From positions 38,135,637 to 38,199,636 of the forward strand of contig NC_068989.1 in assembly GCF_001194135.2 (NCBI RefSeq): DNA of 64,000 nt, read 5' to 3'. The notes under the pieces were generated by a model. That model had not been told where the DNA came from. It worked only from the letters and a program-made list of their open reading frames with translations, and made no database searches. Shown in pieces: positions 63,015-64,000 of this stretch (positions are counted from its first letter, which is position 1; every line of letters starts with the position of its first letter). The stretch is from Octopus bimaculoides (Eukaryota). The position numbers were made by a program, and so were the translations under genes.

Positions 63015-64000
63015 CATATATACATAAAGGTGTGGGAGGGGGGGAGAGGGTATACACCCACACACATATAGAGCCAACAGATAAATATGTAAGAAAGTTA
63101 ATTCATTGAAAACGGGCAGCAACTGTTACAATAGTCACTTATATTACATAATACTCTTAACACACTGATAGGTGAAAGAATTAACTCCTTGATAATAGAA
63201 TTTTGAATTAGAATAGTTACATGTAATATTAATAGTGAAGTCTAATTATATTCTGGTATGAATGATGAAAAATCTTTCAGTTTGAATTATAAGAACTTCC
63301 AGAGTAATGAAAGTAACAGAAAGTAAATTGATATTGTGTTTCTTCATCGCTGTTTTGTGAATTTATTGCTGTTTTCTGAATTTATTCAGAAGTAAAATTC
63401 GTTTACTTTTCGAAACTTCTTTCTGTCTCAAGATATAATCTCTAGGAGCTCATGCTTTTTAACATAAGGCTAGCATTTCTAAAGTACAAGACAGGATCTG
63501 AAGATATGTATAGATGAAACTAGACCTGAAAAAACCACATGTCTTGGGAAGTGGTCCGGTTTATGTGAAACTTGTGTTATTCTGTTTGTATTCATATTGC
63601 AATGACACCTTACTTTCAAAGCATTTACCCCCATTATATGCTGGTTTGGCTATTTATAAAGGTACCCCAAAAAACTGCATATCTTGGTAACCATGGTCCG
63701 ATTTATGCAAAACTTGTTTAATTCCATTAGTATGCACATGAGCATCCAATTCATGATGTCTCCTGCTTTTGTCTCTTTCCCTCTGTTTTGCCAGATGCTC
63801 ATCTCTCCGAGCATCCAATTACTGGTCTCTTTCCCCCCATTCCACCAGACGCTCAGCCCTTGCTTTATCAGTCTCATTGATCCTTCTATTTGAATGACTG
63901 TCCCGATCTTGGGTAAATATTTTGTAAAGGACCCATTTGTACTTCAGTGTGAAATAATTTTTTGCACAAGTTTTTGCAAGTCCATTCAAATTATCTGACC

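Noticed and set aside
63495-63540. CTGAAGA...GAAAC hammerhead-like motif
   Set aside because: Stem II cannot form and it is not part of a repeat; likely chance.

Overview
AT-rich, microsatellite-rich eukaryotic (metazoan) DNA from a gapped short-read assembly, with eight N-runs that mostly abut simple or tandem repeats. The SINE families look like those I recall from octopus (coleoid cephalopod) genomes; this is an inference, not a database result. No intact protein-coding gene can be identified. The window looks like intergenic or giant-intron DNA, with at most a few weak candidate exons. It is dominated by transposable-element debris: (i) several tRNA-headed and tail-sharing SINE families; (ii) 5'-truncated R4/Dong-type retrotransposons of several subfamilies and a Tx1/L1-type fragment, most of them embedded in (AAT)n tracts; (iii) three Penelope-like GIY-YIG endonuclease relics; (iv) a full-length but decayed mariner and a decayed Buster/Charlie hAT transposase; (v) at least nine fold-back (inverted-repeat) elements. 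The most striking signal is that several fold-back elements (2.77-3.01 kb, 30.99-31.31 kb, more weakly 15.23-15.70 kb) carry a minimal type I hammerhead-ribozyme core in each arm, reading outward on opposite strands, and lie in or beside (TA)n tracts. These are probably non-autonomous, ribozyme-bearing derivatives of Penelope-like elements. A 62-bp tandem array inside a SINE, whose unit can fold into a three-way junction, is also notable.
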